Positions 35,904 through 46,152 are shown, numbered from the stretch's first letter. The stretch: 53,719 bases of DNA from Parcubacteria group bacterium (GCA_028286525.1 JAQBRL010000021.1:1-53719), one strand, 5' to 3'. Notes: a model not told the origin generated them from the sequence alone. Program-made: numbers and translations.

Positions 35904-36252
35904 CTCCATGAAAAGCCGTTCGGTCCGTAGAAGTGCTCGTGGAGCACGGGCGCTTGCCATGCCGGAGATGCCGGACCGCACTATCGGTTTCCTGTCGATA
36001 GCCGCTGGCCTTATTTTCAGTACCTACATAGTTCTCGTGATAGTCACTATCTTCTTCGCGACGGTGCAGACCTCGCTCGCTGCCGAGGTGCGCACGACCG
36101 AAGGTTCCATTGCTACGCTTGAGACCACGTACTACGCATCGCTCGCACGTGAGAACGCGAGCACTCCCGCAAGCGCCGGACTGGTTGCACCGAGTGTCGT
36201 CGAGTACGCTATAGCGAAGCCCGCACAAGGTATTTCTTTCGCGGGGAAGTAG
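35896..36252 (+). CDS. FtsL-like single-pass membrane protein
   Basis: Position between rsmH and ftsI; TM helix plus short coiled coil. Confidence 0.6.
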   Translation: MSNSMKSRSVRRSARGARALAMPEMPDRTIGFLSIAAGLIFSTYIVLVIVTIFFATVQTSLAAEVRTTEGSIATLETTYYASLARENASTPASAGLVAPSVVEYAIAKPAQGISFAGK

Positions 36253-36263
36253 AATAAGAGGAT

Positions 36264-37994
36264 ATGCGACGCGAAGTGAGGGGCCGGCTCCGTATCCTTT
36301 CTGCCGGACTGCTTGCGGTCGCCCTTCTGCTGGTCGTGCGTCTCTATTTCGTCCAGATAGTCCATGGACATGAGTTCTCCTTGCGCGCCGACCGGCAGTA
36401 CATAAGCTCGAGCCAAGCGCTGTTCGATCGGGGCAGCATCTATTTCACCGATAAGAGCGGGGCGCTCCTCTCGGCGGCCACGCTCGGGACCGGCTTCACC
36501 CTTTCCATAAACCCTTCCCAGATAACGGACGCCGAAGCCACGTACGCCAAGCTCGCGGCGTTCACGCCCATCGATAAGACTGCCTTCCTCGCGTCCGCCG
36601 CAAAGAAGACCGACCCCTATGAGGTGGTGGCTAAGGAGGTGCCCACGGACGCCGGAGCGGCCATACAAGCAGCGAAGATCACCGGCGTCACGGTGACGCT
36701 CGAACGCTGGCGCACCTATCCGGCCGCCAGCCGGGCCGCGCAGTCCGTGGGATTCATCGCATTCGATAACGACAACACGCTCGCCGGCCGCTTCGGGCTC
36801 GAACGGTACTACAACGATGTCTTGGACCGCGCCGCAGGCGGCCTCTTCGGGAATTTCTTCGCGGAGCTGTTCGCGAACCTCGATAATGTCGTGGTGGATG
36901 CGCGCCAGGCGCGCCAAGGCGACCTCATTACGACGATTGACCCGGTAGTCCAGGAGAAGCTCGATCAAGTCCTTGCGGCCACCAATGCGCAGTACTCGAG
37001 CCAGGAAACGGGAGGCATCATCATGAACCCGAAGACCGGAGAGATCATCGCCATGGATAGCTACCCTTCGTTCGACGCGAACGATTTCGCCCATGGCGAC
37101 CCGGCGCACTTCGGCAACCCGTTGGTCGAGCACCAGTATGAGTTCGGCTCCATCATGAAGCCGCTCACGATGACCGCAGGACTCGACGCGGGCGTTATCA
37201 TGCCGGACTCCACGTATACCGATACGGGATGCGTGACCGTGAATAAGCAGACCTTCTGCAACTACGACCTTAAAGCGCGCGGCCCGGGTACGCCCATGCA
37301 ACAGATACTCTCCCAGTCGCTCAACGTAGGCGCTGCGTTCATCGCGGGCAAGCTTGGCCATGAGCGTTTCCGCACCTATTTCGAGCATCTCGGCTTCGGG
37401 GTCGAGACCGGCATCGACCTGCCGAGCGAGGCGCGCGGGAACATCCAGAATATAAAGACCAGTCCGCGCGATATCGAATACGATACGGCATCCTTCGGTC
37501 AGGGCATCGCCGAGACGCCCGTGCAGATGATCAAGGCGCTCGGTGCGCTCGCTAATAATGGCGCGGTGGTAACGCCGCATCTGGTGAAGGCGATACGGCT
37601 GCAGAATGGCGTGACCAAGACGCTGTCCTGGGGCAAGCCGGAGCAGGTCTTCTCGCCCACGGCTGCGAGCGAGACGACCACCATGCTCGTGCAGGTCGTC
37701 GATACGAAACTCGCCAACGGCAAGGATAAGATCCCGGACCTCTCGGTCGCCGCCAAGACCGGTACCGCGCAGATCGCGGGCCCCGGCGGGAAGTACGCGC
37801 CCGGCCTCTATTTCCATTCATTCATGGGATATTTCCCGGCATCGGACCCGAAATACATCATCCTGCTCTACACCCGGCAGCCGCAGGGCGTGCAGTACGC
37901 TTCCGAGACCCTCACGGAGCCATTCATGACGCTCACGCATTTCCTGATAAACTACTATGTCGTCCCGCCCGATAGGGGAGGCGCACCCCACTAG
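36264..37994 (+). CDS. ftsI: Peptidoglycan transpeptidase FtsI (PBP3)
   Basis: DRGSIYFTD, FGSIMKP, SLN, KTGTAQ; dcw position. Confidence 0.9.
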   Translation: MRREVRGRLRILSAGLLAVALLLVVRLYFVQIVHGHEFSLRADRQYISSSQALFDRGSIYFTDKSGALLSAATLGTGFTLSINPSQITDAEATYAKLAAFTPIDKTAFLASAAKKTDPYEVVAKEVPTDAGAAIQAAKITGVTVTLERWRTYPAASRAAQSVGFIAFDNDNTLAGRFGLERYYNDVLDRAAGGLFGNFFAELFANLDNVVVDARQARQGDLITTIDPVVQEKLDQVLAATNAQYSSQETGGIIMNPKTGEIIAMDSYPSFDANDFAHGDPAHFGNPLVEHQYEFGSIMKPLTMTAGLDAGVIMPDSTYTDTGCVTVNKQTFCNYDLKARGPGTPMQQILSQSLNVGAAFIAGKLGHERFRTYFEHLGFGVETGIDLPSEARGNIQNIKTSPRDIEYDTASFGQGIAETPVQMIKALGALANNGAVVTPHLVKAIRLQNGVTKTLSWGKPEQVFSPTAASETTTMLVQVVDTKLANGKDKIPDLSVAAKTGTAQIAGPGGKYAPGLYFHSFMGYFPASDPKYIILLYTRQPQGVQYASETLTEPFMTLTHFLINYYVVPPDRGGAPH

Positions 37995-37996
37995 AT

Positions 37997-39286
37997 ATGA
38001 AATCCGTACTCAAGGCACCCATAGCTGGCCTCCTCGCGCTTCTTTCGCGCGCCATTCTCCGCAAGTACAGGCCGCAGATCATCATGATCACGGGGAGCGT
38101 AGGCAAAACCAGTACCAAGGACGCGGTCGCCGCGATGCTTTCGGAACATACGAATATGCGCGCGAGCGAGAAAAGCTATAACAGCGAATTCGGGGTGCCG
38201 TTCACCATCATGGGGGTCAAGAACCCGTGGACCAGCCTCTTCGCCTGGGTCGATGTGTTCGCAGAGGCGCTTACGCTCCTTTTCTTCCCTGCGCACTATC
38301 CGAAAGTGCTTGTCCTTGAGGTGGGAGCGGATAGGCCGGGCGATCTTGCGCGGATCCTGCGTATCGCGACGCCGGACGCCGTCGTCGTTACGCGGCTTCC
38401 GGACGTTCCGGTGCATGTGGAAGCCTATGCGACGCCGGCTGCAGTGCGAGAGGAGGAATTCGCTCCCGCGTACGCGCTTGCGTCCGGCGCTCCGCTCATT
38501 CTCTCCTCGCGCGATACGTATGCGATTACCATGGCTGCCAACACGCAAGCGACCGTCACTCTATTCGGCTTCTCTCCAGAAGCCGATGTTCGTATCGGCG
38601 AACCGACGGTCATGCTCGAAGACGGCATGCCCGTCGGCATGGAAGCGACGGCCACGGTGCGCGGGCACGAATATACGCTCTATGCGCGCGGCGCGCTCGG
38701 CCGTCCCCAGATTCTCGCGCCCGCTGCAGCATTCGCCGCCGCGCTCGCGCTCGATATCCCGACGGAGGAAGCGCTCGGCGGTTTGGCGACGTATGTGCCG
38801 CCGGCGGGCCGCGGGCGTTTGCTGCGAGGCACCGATCGCTCGGTGCTCATAGATGAGTCCTACAATTCGTCGCCTGCGGCGACCGAAGAGGCGCTTCTCG
38901 CGCTTTCGCTGCTGACGAACGCGAAGCGGCGCATCGCGGTGCTCGGCGACATGCTCGAGCTCGGGCGCTATTCGAAGTTCGAGCATGAGCGCATCGGCAC
39001 GCTCGCAGCCTCGCAGGCGGATATGATCGTTGCGGTAGGCAGCCGCTCGAAAGCTACGTGCACGGCAGCGGTAGCGGCTGGGCTCGACGCGTCGCAGGTG
39101 AGGTGTTTCGAGAATGCACGCGACGCCGCTCATGCACTGCAGGATGAGATCCGTGAAGGGGATGCGATTTTAATAAAAGGCTCGCAGTCCATGCGCATGG
39201 AGCGCATCGTCGAAGCGCTTTTGGGCGACCCGACCGATGCGGTGTATCTGGTACGGCAAGATACGGAGTGGAAGAAGAAGAAATAG
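37997..39286 (+). CDS. murF: UDP-MurNAc-tripeptide--D-Ala-D-Ala ligase
   Basis: ITGSVGKTSTKD, IDESYNSSP, LGDMLELG, IKGSQSMRME. Confidence 0.93.
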   Translation: MKSVLKAPIAGLLALLSRAILRKYRPQIIMITGSVGKTSTKDAVAAMLSEHTNMRASEKSYNSEFGVPFTIMGVKNPWTSLFAWVDVFAEALTLLFFPAHYPKVLVLEVGADRPGDLARILRIATPDAVVVTRLPDVPVHVEAYATPAAVREEEFAPAYALASGAPLILSSRDTYAITMAANTQATVTLFGFSPEADVRIGEPTVMLEDGMPVGMEATATVRGHEYTLYARGALGRPQILAPAAAFAAALALDIPTEEALGGLATYVPPAGRGRLLRGTDRSVLIDESYNSSPAATEEALLALSLLTNAKRRIAVLGDMLELGRYSKFEHERIGTLAASQADMIVAVGSRSKATCTAAVAAGLDASQVRCFENARDAAHALQDEIREGDAILIKGSQSMRMERIVEALLGDPTDAVYLVRQDTEWKKKK

Positions 39287-39351
39287 GTCAATCCAAAAAT
39301 TATCCCCGTGAGAATTTTCAGTGAAAGGAGGATCTGTTCCATACTTAAGCT

Positions 39352-40314
39352 ATGAAATTTGCTCGCGGTTCGTTACTTCTCCTGACGGGGATTATTTTCA
39401 TTGGCGCATGCATCGCTGTAGCCGCCTTCTATATTCCGCACTCGAAAGTAATAGGCACGAATACGGTCGTTGAACACCAATCCGCGACTCTGTCTGCAAT
39501 TCAGGCAGAAACACATGCCGCAGGGCCCTACGATGGAACGTATGTGTACGATAGCGGAAGTCCTTTTACGGGAAGTGAAGTGGATATAAGCAGCAGCACC
39601 GAAACGCAGCTCGACTACCATATCAATACCGTACATTTGGCTCACACCGGAGACTTGGAAGGAGTCGCCCACCGGATTGCGAGCACGACGATTGCGTATA
39701 CAGACAAGACCTCTAATGAAGGTTGCGCAGTAACGATATCTTTTATAAATAAAGCCCAGATTATATATGCTCTCGAATCCATACCGGGTAGTGACTACGG
39801 GTGTGAGGGGTATCATGGAGCGCACGGTGAATTCCTGGATGGGGAAGTACATGTAAAGAATGGGTTAGTGACCCTCCCCTCACTCACCGATCGAGGCGTG
39901 TCTGACAGCGATAGAAAAGCGCTCGCACAGCTCGCGCCCGACATCTTTCCAAATATTGAAAGCTACATCGGGCTTGATATATCGACGACTGACCAAAACT
40001 CGGATGAGAACGTGATGCAGAGCGATAGTCCCCTTACCAGCACTGATATACCTGGATCCCATGGCTTTGCGATACAATCCCCCAATATATACAACGGATC
40101 TTTTGGATGCGGCGACTTTACTGAAACGGGTGGCTTTTGTTCGTACGGCGCATACTTAACTGATGGTCACGGTCACTATTGGATACTAAGCGGAGCCAAC
40201 GGCGAGCAGTTTACGTACATGACGAACAATCTAAATTGGAAAGCAAAAATCCCCGCAGCTTTTAAAGAGCAATTAAAGAAATTGGGCGTGACCAACGTGA
40301 AATTCGAAAAGTAG
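39352..40314 (+). CDS. Membrane-anchored extracellular hypothetical protein, lower GC
   Basis: N-terminal TM helix; 320-aa ORF with Cys pairs; adjacent to tRNA-Glu 3' end. Confidence 0.75.
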   Translation: MKFARGSLLLLTGIIFIGACIAVAAFYIPHSKVIGTNTVVEHQSATLSAIQAETHAAGPYDGTYVYDSGSPFTGSEVDISSSTETQLDYHINTVHLAHTGDLEGVAHRIASTTIAYTDKTSNEGCAVTISFINKAQIIYALESIPGSDYGCEGYHGAHGEFLDGEVHVKNGLVTLPSLTDRGVSDSDRKALAQLAPDIFPNIESYIGLDISTTDQNSDENVMQSDSPLTSTDIPGSHGFAIQSPNIYNGSFGCGDFTETGGFCSYGAYLTDGHGHYWILSGANGEQFTYMTNNLNWKAKIPAAFKEQLKKLGVTNVKFEK

Positions 40315-40360
40315 TTTACTTCAGTTTTTGCCGCCGAAGGCGGCTCCATGCAGTGCGTTG

Positions 40361-40432
40361 TGACCCCACGGGGAATCGAACCCCGATTTGATCCGTGAGA
40401 GGGATCTGTCCTAACCGTTAGACGATGAGGCC
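40361..40432 (-). tRNA. tRNA-Glu(CTC), no encoded CCA
   Basis: ggcctcatcgtctaacggttaggacagatcc-ctCTCac-ggatcaaatcggggttcgattccccgtggggtca. Confidence 0.95.
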
Positions 40433-40515
40433 GTCGTTGTTTTTGTAACACGAAAAAGAGAAAACGAAAACCGCTCGGCGAGCCAAGCGGAGTTCGCTTG
40501 CTCGCGTGAGCGGTT

Positions 40516-40719
40516 CTATTCGACCACATGATGGCCGACCACCTGCGCCACGTCTTTTTCCAGGTCCACATCCACCGTGAAGCGGAATTTAGTCGGTGAA
40601 CCGGAAATGGATGCGAACAGCATCTCCGGGCAGCCGGCCGAAACGATTCCCTGGGTTCCTTTGGCGGCCTCGAGCAGACACAGGCCGGCCATCTCCGCAG
40701 CTTGCAGCAATTTTGCCAT
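40516..40719 (-). CDS. 67-aa hypothetical protein
   Basis: AGGAGG RBS before MAKLLQ; hairpin terminator about 40467-40496. Confidence 0.55.
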   Translation of the reverse strand: MAKLLQAAEMAGLCLLEAAKGTQGIVSAGCPEMLFASISGSPTKFRFTVDVDLEKDVAQVVGHHVVE

Positions 40720-40921
40720 GACGCCCTCCTGCCCACACCTTACGGGTATCGGGTCCAAATGCAATGGCGGCGTTGCATTGACCCAAGTACGAGCAGGTAT
40801 ATAGTGCCTGGGCTGTTCTTTGAAAGTGCTTCGCCATAGCGAAAAGGGCCTGCATGGGCCTTCCTCGCCATGGCGAAGCGATATCCGCATAGCCCTCTGG
40901 CCCAACCGTTGGGGAATCGTT

Positions 40922-42283
40922 ATGAACGATCTACCACAAGCGGGCCAAGAGTCCGTTGAAGTAGTGTGGAAAAGGCTTTCGAGCTTTCTGAAGCGTGAAC
41001 TTGGAGAGGCGACATTCTCCTCGTGGCTCGGCCCAGTGAGTCTCCGCGAGACCCCGGAAGTCCTCTATATCGTAGCCAATACCGGAGTCGCGCGCGATTG
41101 GATTCACCGCCATGCCTGGCCTCGCGTCATCGACCTGTGGGCAAAGAACGACCCGCAGAATCGTCGTCTTACCCTTACGTCGAGGGCGGAACTCGATCCC
41201 TCTAACCCGAGCAAGGAAACCGTCATGACCGACGTTCAACCGGCGGGTTCAGACGGACTCGCTCATCAGACCCCGTTCACCCTTCGGCGAGGACACACCT
41301 TCGAGAACTTCGCGGTCGGGCCGGCTAACCAATTCGCCGTCCAAACCGGCAGGCGTATTGGCCAAGGATTACCGATTGCGGATATCGTCCTCATCACTGG
41401 TATCGCAAGCGTGGGGAAAACACATCTGCTCCAGGCTATCGCGCACGAATACGGAACGGTTATTTCTCCGACCGCGTGGGCATATCTGGACATGGATGAT
41501 GTCAATTCGCCCCATAAGCGCCAGATGGCACTCGAGCGAATAGTCGCTAATCCGCCTCTGTTGCTCATCGACGACGTTGAATACTACTGCGTTGAAAAAG
41601 CCAATGAAGACCTTCGGTACGCCATCTCGCTTCGTCTGAAGCGGGGCGGACATACGGTCTTCGCTGGTGACTTCTCGAATCTCAGCTCTGACACACTCAA
41701 CGATGCGTTCATGGCGCATATACGCTCCGGCGTAACCTGCACGATCGAGCCGCCGGACAGAGACTTGCGGCTCGCTATCCTGCGCAAGCATCTCCTGCTG
41801 GTCCCCCAGCAGGAAGCCGCACTTCTTATCGGTGACCGGGTGCTCGAGCTCGTCAGTTCACTCTTCGTGGGCTCGACGCGCGAGATGCTCGGGATGCTGC
41901 GTACCCTCGTGTCGCGGTGCGAGGGAAGTTCATGCCCGATGGCCGTCGACGAAGCCAAAGAGCTGCTCACGGAAACCTTCCCAAAATTAAGTAGGAAGGT
42001 GACCGTCGATGAGATCCAAAAGGCCGTGTGCGCATATTACGGCCTCAAGCAAATGGATCTCATCTCCGAACGTCGGGCGCGTGCTGTCGCTCGCCCGCGT
42101 CAGGTGGCCATGTGGATCTGCAAGCAGGTGACCGCTCGTTCTCTGCCTGATATCGGGCGCAGGTTCGGCGGACGGGACCACACCACGGTCCTGCACGCGG
42201 TGCGGCGCATCGATCAGCTTCGCATCGACGACCCCCAGATCCTGCGCGACTGCGAAGCATTGATACGCATATTCCGAGGCTAG
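40922..42283 (+). CDS. dnaA: DnaA-family protein, Caulobacter-like domains I and IV, divergent AAA+ domain
   Basis: TFENFAVGPANQFA, Walker A GIASVGKTHLL, LLLIDDV, ARPRQVAMW...RSLPDIGRRFGGRDHTTVLHAVR. Confidence 0.85.
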   Translation: MNDLPQAGQESVEVVWKRLSSFLKRELGEATFSSWLGPVSLRETPEVLYIVANTGVARDWIHRHAWPRVIDLWAKNDPQNRRLTLTSRAELDPSNPSKETVMTDVQPAGSDGLAHQTPFTLRRGHTFENFAVGPANQFAVQTGRRIGQGLPIADIVLITGIASVGKTHLLQAIAHEYGTVISPTAWAYLDMDDVNSPHKRQMALERIVANPPLLLIDDVEYYCVEKANEDLRYAISLRLKRGGHTVFAGDFSNLSSDTLNDAFMAHIRSGVTCTIEPPDRDLRLAILRKHLLLVPQQEAALLIGDRVLELVSSLFVGSTREMLGMLRTLVSRCEGSSCPMAVDEAKELLTETFPKLSRKVTVDEIQKAVCAYYGLKQMDLISERRARAVARPRQVAMWICKQVTARSLPDIGRRFGGRDHTTVLHAVRRIDQLRIDDPQILRDCEALIRIFRG

Positions 42284-42329
42284 AGTGAACTTCGCCGCCG
42301 CGACCCCTTTCGGGTCGCGGCGGCTCTCT

Positions 42330-43094
42330 TTATATGCCGACTATCTTCGTGCGACGTATGGAAAGCGCGAGTGCCTTGGAGCCCAATGTTTCTCCGATGC
42401 GTCCAGCAAGCGCGCGCATGTAGGTGCCTGAGCCGCATGCGACCTTGAGTTTCAGTATTCGATAGGGACGGTCGTGCTCGAAAACCTCCTGCCAGCTCTT
42501 CTTCACTGCTTCGATGCGGAAATCAGCGCCAAGCGCCTTCGATGGCTGATCGCTTGTGGGGGCGAGCGCAAGCAGCGAAGCGATGCGCTGCTTTAGTTTC
42601 CGAGTTGAATACGGGGAGGAGCCACGATATCTGATGGAATGGATAGTCTCCTCGTGCATCGGTATCTCGATGGTATCGAGCGTACCCTCAAGCGCGTAGA
42701 GGAAAAGCGGTTTTCCTGCGACGGTCTTCGAGGAGTAGATAGGGTAAGGACGGGTATGGGTACCGACCTCCTCTCCGAGAATGCGTTTAATATCGCTCCT
42801 CGTCAGCATCGTTTCTTGCGGCGAGCGCGTCACGATACCAAGAATGTCTCCCGTGTCGCTCCCGACATCCAGCAGCACTTCTATCTCATACGTCTTATCG
42901 AGTCCTATGTACTCCTGCTGCCGCTTGCACTCCTCTCCCAGAAGCACCAAGAGTTTTCCGGAAGCCATCGGATCGAGCCGGCCCGCGTAGCTGGCCGCCA
43001 CGTTCGCGTAGTTCGGATGGTGCGCTTTCCATAGCTCGATAGCCTCGAGCGGCGTCTGGCCGATCTTCTTGTCGAGAAGCACGGTTTTCTTCAT
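42330..43094 (-). CDS. truB: TruB-family tRNA pseudouridine synthase
   Basis: YAGRLDPMASG, KTYEIEV, CGSGTYMRALA. Confidence 0.85.
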   Translation of the reverse strand: MKKTVLLDKKIGQTPLEAIELWKAHHPNYANVAASYAGRLDPMASGKLLVLLGEECKRQQEYIGLDKTYEIEVLLDVGSDTGDILGIVTRSPQETMLTRSDIKRILGEEVGTHTRPYPIYSSKTVAGKPLFLYALEGTLDTIEIPMHEETIHSIRYRGSSPYSTRKLKQRIASLLALAPTSDQPSKALGADFRIEAVKKSWQEVFEHDRPYRILKLKVACGSGTYMRALAGRIGETLGSKALALSIRRTKIVGI

Positions 43095-43154
43095 CAGGTA
43101 AGTATACAAAGACTTCACCCCGCAAGCGTTCTGCTGTGCGGGGTGCGTGCCTAT

Positions 43155-43526
43155 TCAGGCGTGAGCGATACGGGCAACGTTGGTCCAAAGACCGAGCACG
43201 CGCATCAGGAGGGAACGGAGGTCATGAGCTTGCTTGCAGGCGCTTTCTGCGCCGTGGGCGATGACCTGGCGGCTCATGCGGATATTGCCGCAGGAGAGCC
43301 GTTCGATATCGAGTTCGCCCTTGCAGTGCTTCTGCAGGCGGTCGAGCGCGAAGATGGGAAGCGCGGGTCCCACGCCAACGGAGAAGTTAGCGACGAGCTC
43401 GTGCTCCCAGCTTTTGGGGTGCGCGGGGCTTGGGCGAAAGGCAATCGTGCCGTCGAGGAACTGAAGCATCGGTGTAAAATCCTTGGTTGCGGTTGAATCC
43501 GCTTCCTTGAAGAACCCCACCATCAC
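43155..43526 (-). CDS. Hypothetical protein
   Basis: TATAAT just upstream; fills the intergenic gap; weak support otherwise. Confidence 0.45.
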   Translation of the reverse strand: MMVGFFKEADSTATKDFTPMLQFLDGTIAFRPSPAHPKSWEHELVANFSVGVGPALPIFALDRLQKHCKGELDIERLSCGNIRMSRQVIAHGAESACKQAHDLRSLLMRVLGLWTNVARIAHA

Positions 43527-43612
43527 CGACGTCCAAAAGTATTATAGCACACAATTCAGTAATTAAAATGTTCGGGCCGGACGACTCTAGGAGTCATCCG
43601 GCCCGGGAAGGT

Positions 43613-44158
43613 TCACAGCAGCGGTTGCTGCTGTGCGCGAAGGAGCTGCGCGGCTTTCCGACCGCGCTCCGTCGGGGTGAGCGGCTTGCGGGCTTTTTCC
43701 GCATTCTCCGCCTTCGTCTCTTGGCCTTTGCGGGCCCAGAGCCGTCGAAGCGCCTTGGTCAGGGCCTCCGGTTCGTAGTTGATGTTCCGGACGGTGCCCA
43801 GCCATTGGCTGGCGTAGCCGATCAACTGCTTATCGGTGAAGCGGTAACCAAGGCCAGCGTCGCCAAGGGTCCGTCCCAGCCAGGTATTGAAGAGAGAAAG
43901 GTGGACCTTCGAGACGTTCGCGATGGCGGACTCGAGCCGGAAGTGTTCCGCAGCTTTCGCCTGGGCATTCTGTAGCTGCCCGCGACCGATGTAGCGCTCG
44001 GGACTGATATCGGATTGCCGATGCGACGGAATTTCGATCGAGACGCGTTGCGCGGTGTCGTCCTCCATGCGGAGGAAGGTGACGCTGCAGCCCGCTCTCA
44101 ATTTCACCGTGACGCGATTGGGATCGCGCGGATGGACATAGAGTTCGCTTAGCTGCAC
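43613..44158 (-). CDS. Hypothetical protein
   Basis: GGGAG RBS, TTGACA promoter near 44200, hairpin 43573-43607 after stop. Confidence 0.65.
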   Translation of the reverse strand: MQLSELYVHPRDPNRVTVKLRAGCSVTFLRMEDDTAQRVSIEIPSHRQSDISPERYIGRGQLQNAQAKAAEHFRLESAIANVSKVHLSLFNTWLGRTLGDAGLGYRFTDKQLIGYASQWLGTVRNINYEPEALTKALRRLWARKGQETKAENAEKARKPLTPTERGRKAAQLLRAQQQPLL

Positions 44159-44235
44159 GTGCTAGCTCCCACGTAATTACACAGAGCAAAATCGCTCTAT
44201 GTCAATAGTACAACAGAATTGTAGAAAAAGCAAGC

Positions 44236-44691
44236 CTAGGAGAGAAGGGAATCGACGACAGCCTTCACATCTCCGCCGTCCGCGCGGCCCTTCAGCTCCT
44301 GCATGAGTGCGCCCATGAATTTCCCCATACCTGACTTATCTATAGGCCCGGTCTCCGCTAATTTCGCTTTGGCGATGACCTCTATCTCGTCCCGCGTCAT
44401 CTGGGTCGGCAGAAGCGACTCGATGATGGAAAGCTCCTGCGCTTCCGGAAGCGCAAGCTCGGTACGCCCCGCGTTCGTGAATTGCTCGATGGAGTCCTTG
44501 CGCTGATTGGCTGCACGCTTGAGGACAGCGAGCGCGTCCTCGTCCGTGAGGAATTCGTCCGGTTTGCGCTTCTTGGCGACTACTTCGTTGGTCATCGCGG
44601 TAGAAAGGGAACGGTAGGTGCGCAGCTTCACTTCGTCCCGCGCCTTGAGCGCTTCAGGGATGCCGGCTTTTATCGTCTCGTGGATGCTCAT
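44236..44691 (-). CDS. GatB/YqeY domain protein
   Basis: ALKARDE, QRKDSIEQF..AGR.ELA, MGKFMGALMQELKGRADG. Confidence 0.93.
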   Translation of the reverse strand: MSIHETIKAGIPEALKARDEVKLRTYRSLSTAMTNEVVAKKRKPDEFLTDEDALAVLKRAANQRKDSIEQFTNAGRTELALPEAQELSIIESLLPTQMTRDEIEVIAKAKLAETGPIDKSGMGKFMGALMQELKGRADGGDVKAVVDSLLS

Positions 44692-44963
44692 GCGTCGTGC
44701 TTAGGCTGGATCTGATAATGCTTATGAAGATGGATGAGGTCTTGGCGGATATTCTCTATGACCTTCGCTTCGATAGGAGCGATGGTAAGGAATCCATTCT
44801 CGCAGGTACGGATGCTTTCTTCGAGGAAACCCATGACCGTGGCCAAAAGCGGAAAATAATCCCCGGTCTTTATATGGAACTCGAGTCGCTCGAGACGTAC
44901 GGGTTCGTCCGCGGTGTCCGTCTGCTGGGCATACGGCTCGGCAAAGGCGTTAGTGGGGCTCAT
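44688..44963 (-). CDS. Hypothetical protein
   Basis: FHIKTGDYFPLLAT...DLIHLHKHYQI; overlaps the yqeY start. Confidence 0.7.
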   Translation of the reverse strand: MSPTNAFAEPYAQQTDTADEPVRLERLEFHIKTGDYFPLLATVMGFLEESIRTCENGFLTIAPIEAKVIENIRQDLIHLHKHYQIQPKHDA

Positions 44964-45010
44964 GCCTCCACTATATCATCGCCTCCGCACCTCGCGGTAT
45001 ACTGGAGCAT

Positions 45011-46069
45011 ATGGATATGGTCTGGGTCGCTATCATCATCGGTATTCTAATCCTCATGCAGGGCGTGGGGCTCTATCTCATGATGCGCAAGCGCGAAAAG
45101 CCTTCAGGGGACGACGGCAGCGGACCTCTTCTCATGCAACGGCTTGAAGGGCTCGAGCGCACGCTCGATTCCCGCATGTCGGAGTCTGCTAAGCAGATGC
45201 ACGAGACGGTGCGTAGTCAGCTCGGAGAATCCTCGCGCCTCATCAAGGAAATCACTACGGAACTCACTTCCGTGAAGGAAATCGGCCGGCAGACCCAGAC
45301 GTACGCCGAGCAGCTGCAGTCGCTTCAGGATCTTCTCAAGAACCCGAAGCAGCGCGGCATCCTCGGCGAGTACTACCTCGAGACGGTGCTCAAGAACGTG
45401 CTGGCGCCCGGCATGTACCAGATGCAGTACGCCTTCAAGAATGGGGAGATAGTGGACGCTGCGGTATTCATTCAGGAGAAGATTGTTCCTATCGACTCGA
45501 AATTCTCGCTTGATAACTACAATCGCTTCGTCTCCACGCCTGTCGGCAGCATCGAGCGAGCCGCAGCGGAAAAAGCGTTCGTGAACGATCTCAAGCTCCG
45601 TATCACGGAAACGGCGAAATACATCCGGCCGGAAGAGAACACTATGGACTTCGCATTCATGTTCATTCCCTCTGAAGGCATCTATTACGACCTGTTGACG
45701 AATCAGGTGGGGGCAGGAGAAGAGGAGAACCTCATCCAGCGCGCAGCAGGGAAGTACAAGGTCATCATCGTCTCACCGACCTCGTTCCTTGCATATCTGC
45801 AGACCGTATTGCAAGGACTCAAGGCGATGCAGATAGAGCAACGTGCCGAAGAGATACAGAAACGGGTAGGGGAGCTCGGCAAGCACCTCGGAAGCTACGA
45901 AGATTTTTATAAGAAGCTGGGGAATGCCCTGGGCACCGCAGTCTCGCACTACAATAGCGGCTATAAGGAACTCGGCAAGATAGACAAGGATGTGTACCGT
46001 ATCGCGGAAGAAAAAATAGGTATCGAGCAGGAGCTGCTCGAGAAGCCTGGTGTGCTTGAACTGGACTAA
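45011..46069 (+). CDS. rmuC: DNA recombination protein RmuC
   Basis: NPKQRGILGE, PIDSKF, TMDFAFMFIPSEGIY, VSPTS. Confidence 0.93.
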   Translation: MDMVWVAIIIGILILMQGVGLYLMMRKREKPSGDDGSGPLLMQRLEGLERTLDSRMSESAKQMHETVRSQLGESSRLIKEITTELTSVKEIGRQTQTYAEQLQSLQDLLKNPKQRGILGEYYLETVLKNVLAPGMYQMQYAFKNGEIVDAAVFIQEKIVPIDSKFSLDNYNRFVSTPVGSIERAAAEKAFVNDLKLRITETAKYIRPEENTMDFAFMFIPSEGIYYDLLTNQVGAGEEENLIQRAAGKYKVIIVSPTSFLAYLQTVLQGLKAMQIEQRAEEIQKRVGELGKHLGSYEDFYKKLGNALGTAVSHYNSGYKELGKIDKDVYRIAEEKIGIEQELLEKPGVLELD

Positions 46070-46152
46070 GCACGGTTTTCTGTTGTGAATGCATGGGTGC
46101 GGGTATACAGTGAAAATAGCGTTCGCGTTGTTTTCAGTCGGGGAGTAGTACT

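Noticed and set aside
39300..39345. Degenerate tRNA-Glu duplication marking an island around 39352-40314
   Set aside because: Only two short matches (ccgtgaga, ggatctgt) with different spacing, and not from the tRNA 3' end; could be chance.
40433..42330. oriC beside dnaA
   Set aside because: No TTATCCACA-type box cluster seen and no dnaN; the gene looks like an inserted paralogue.
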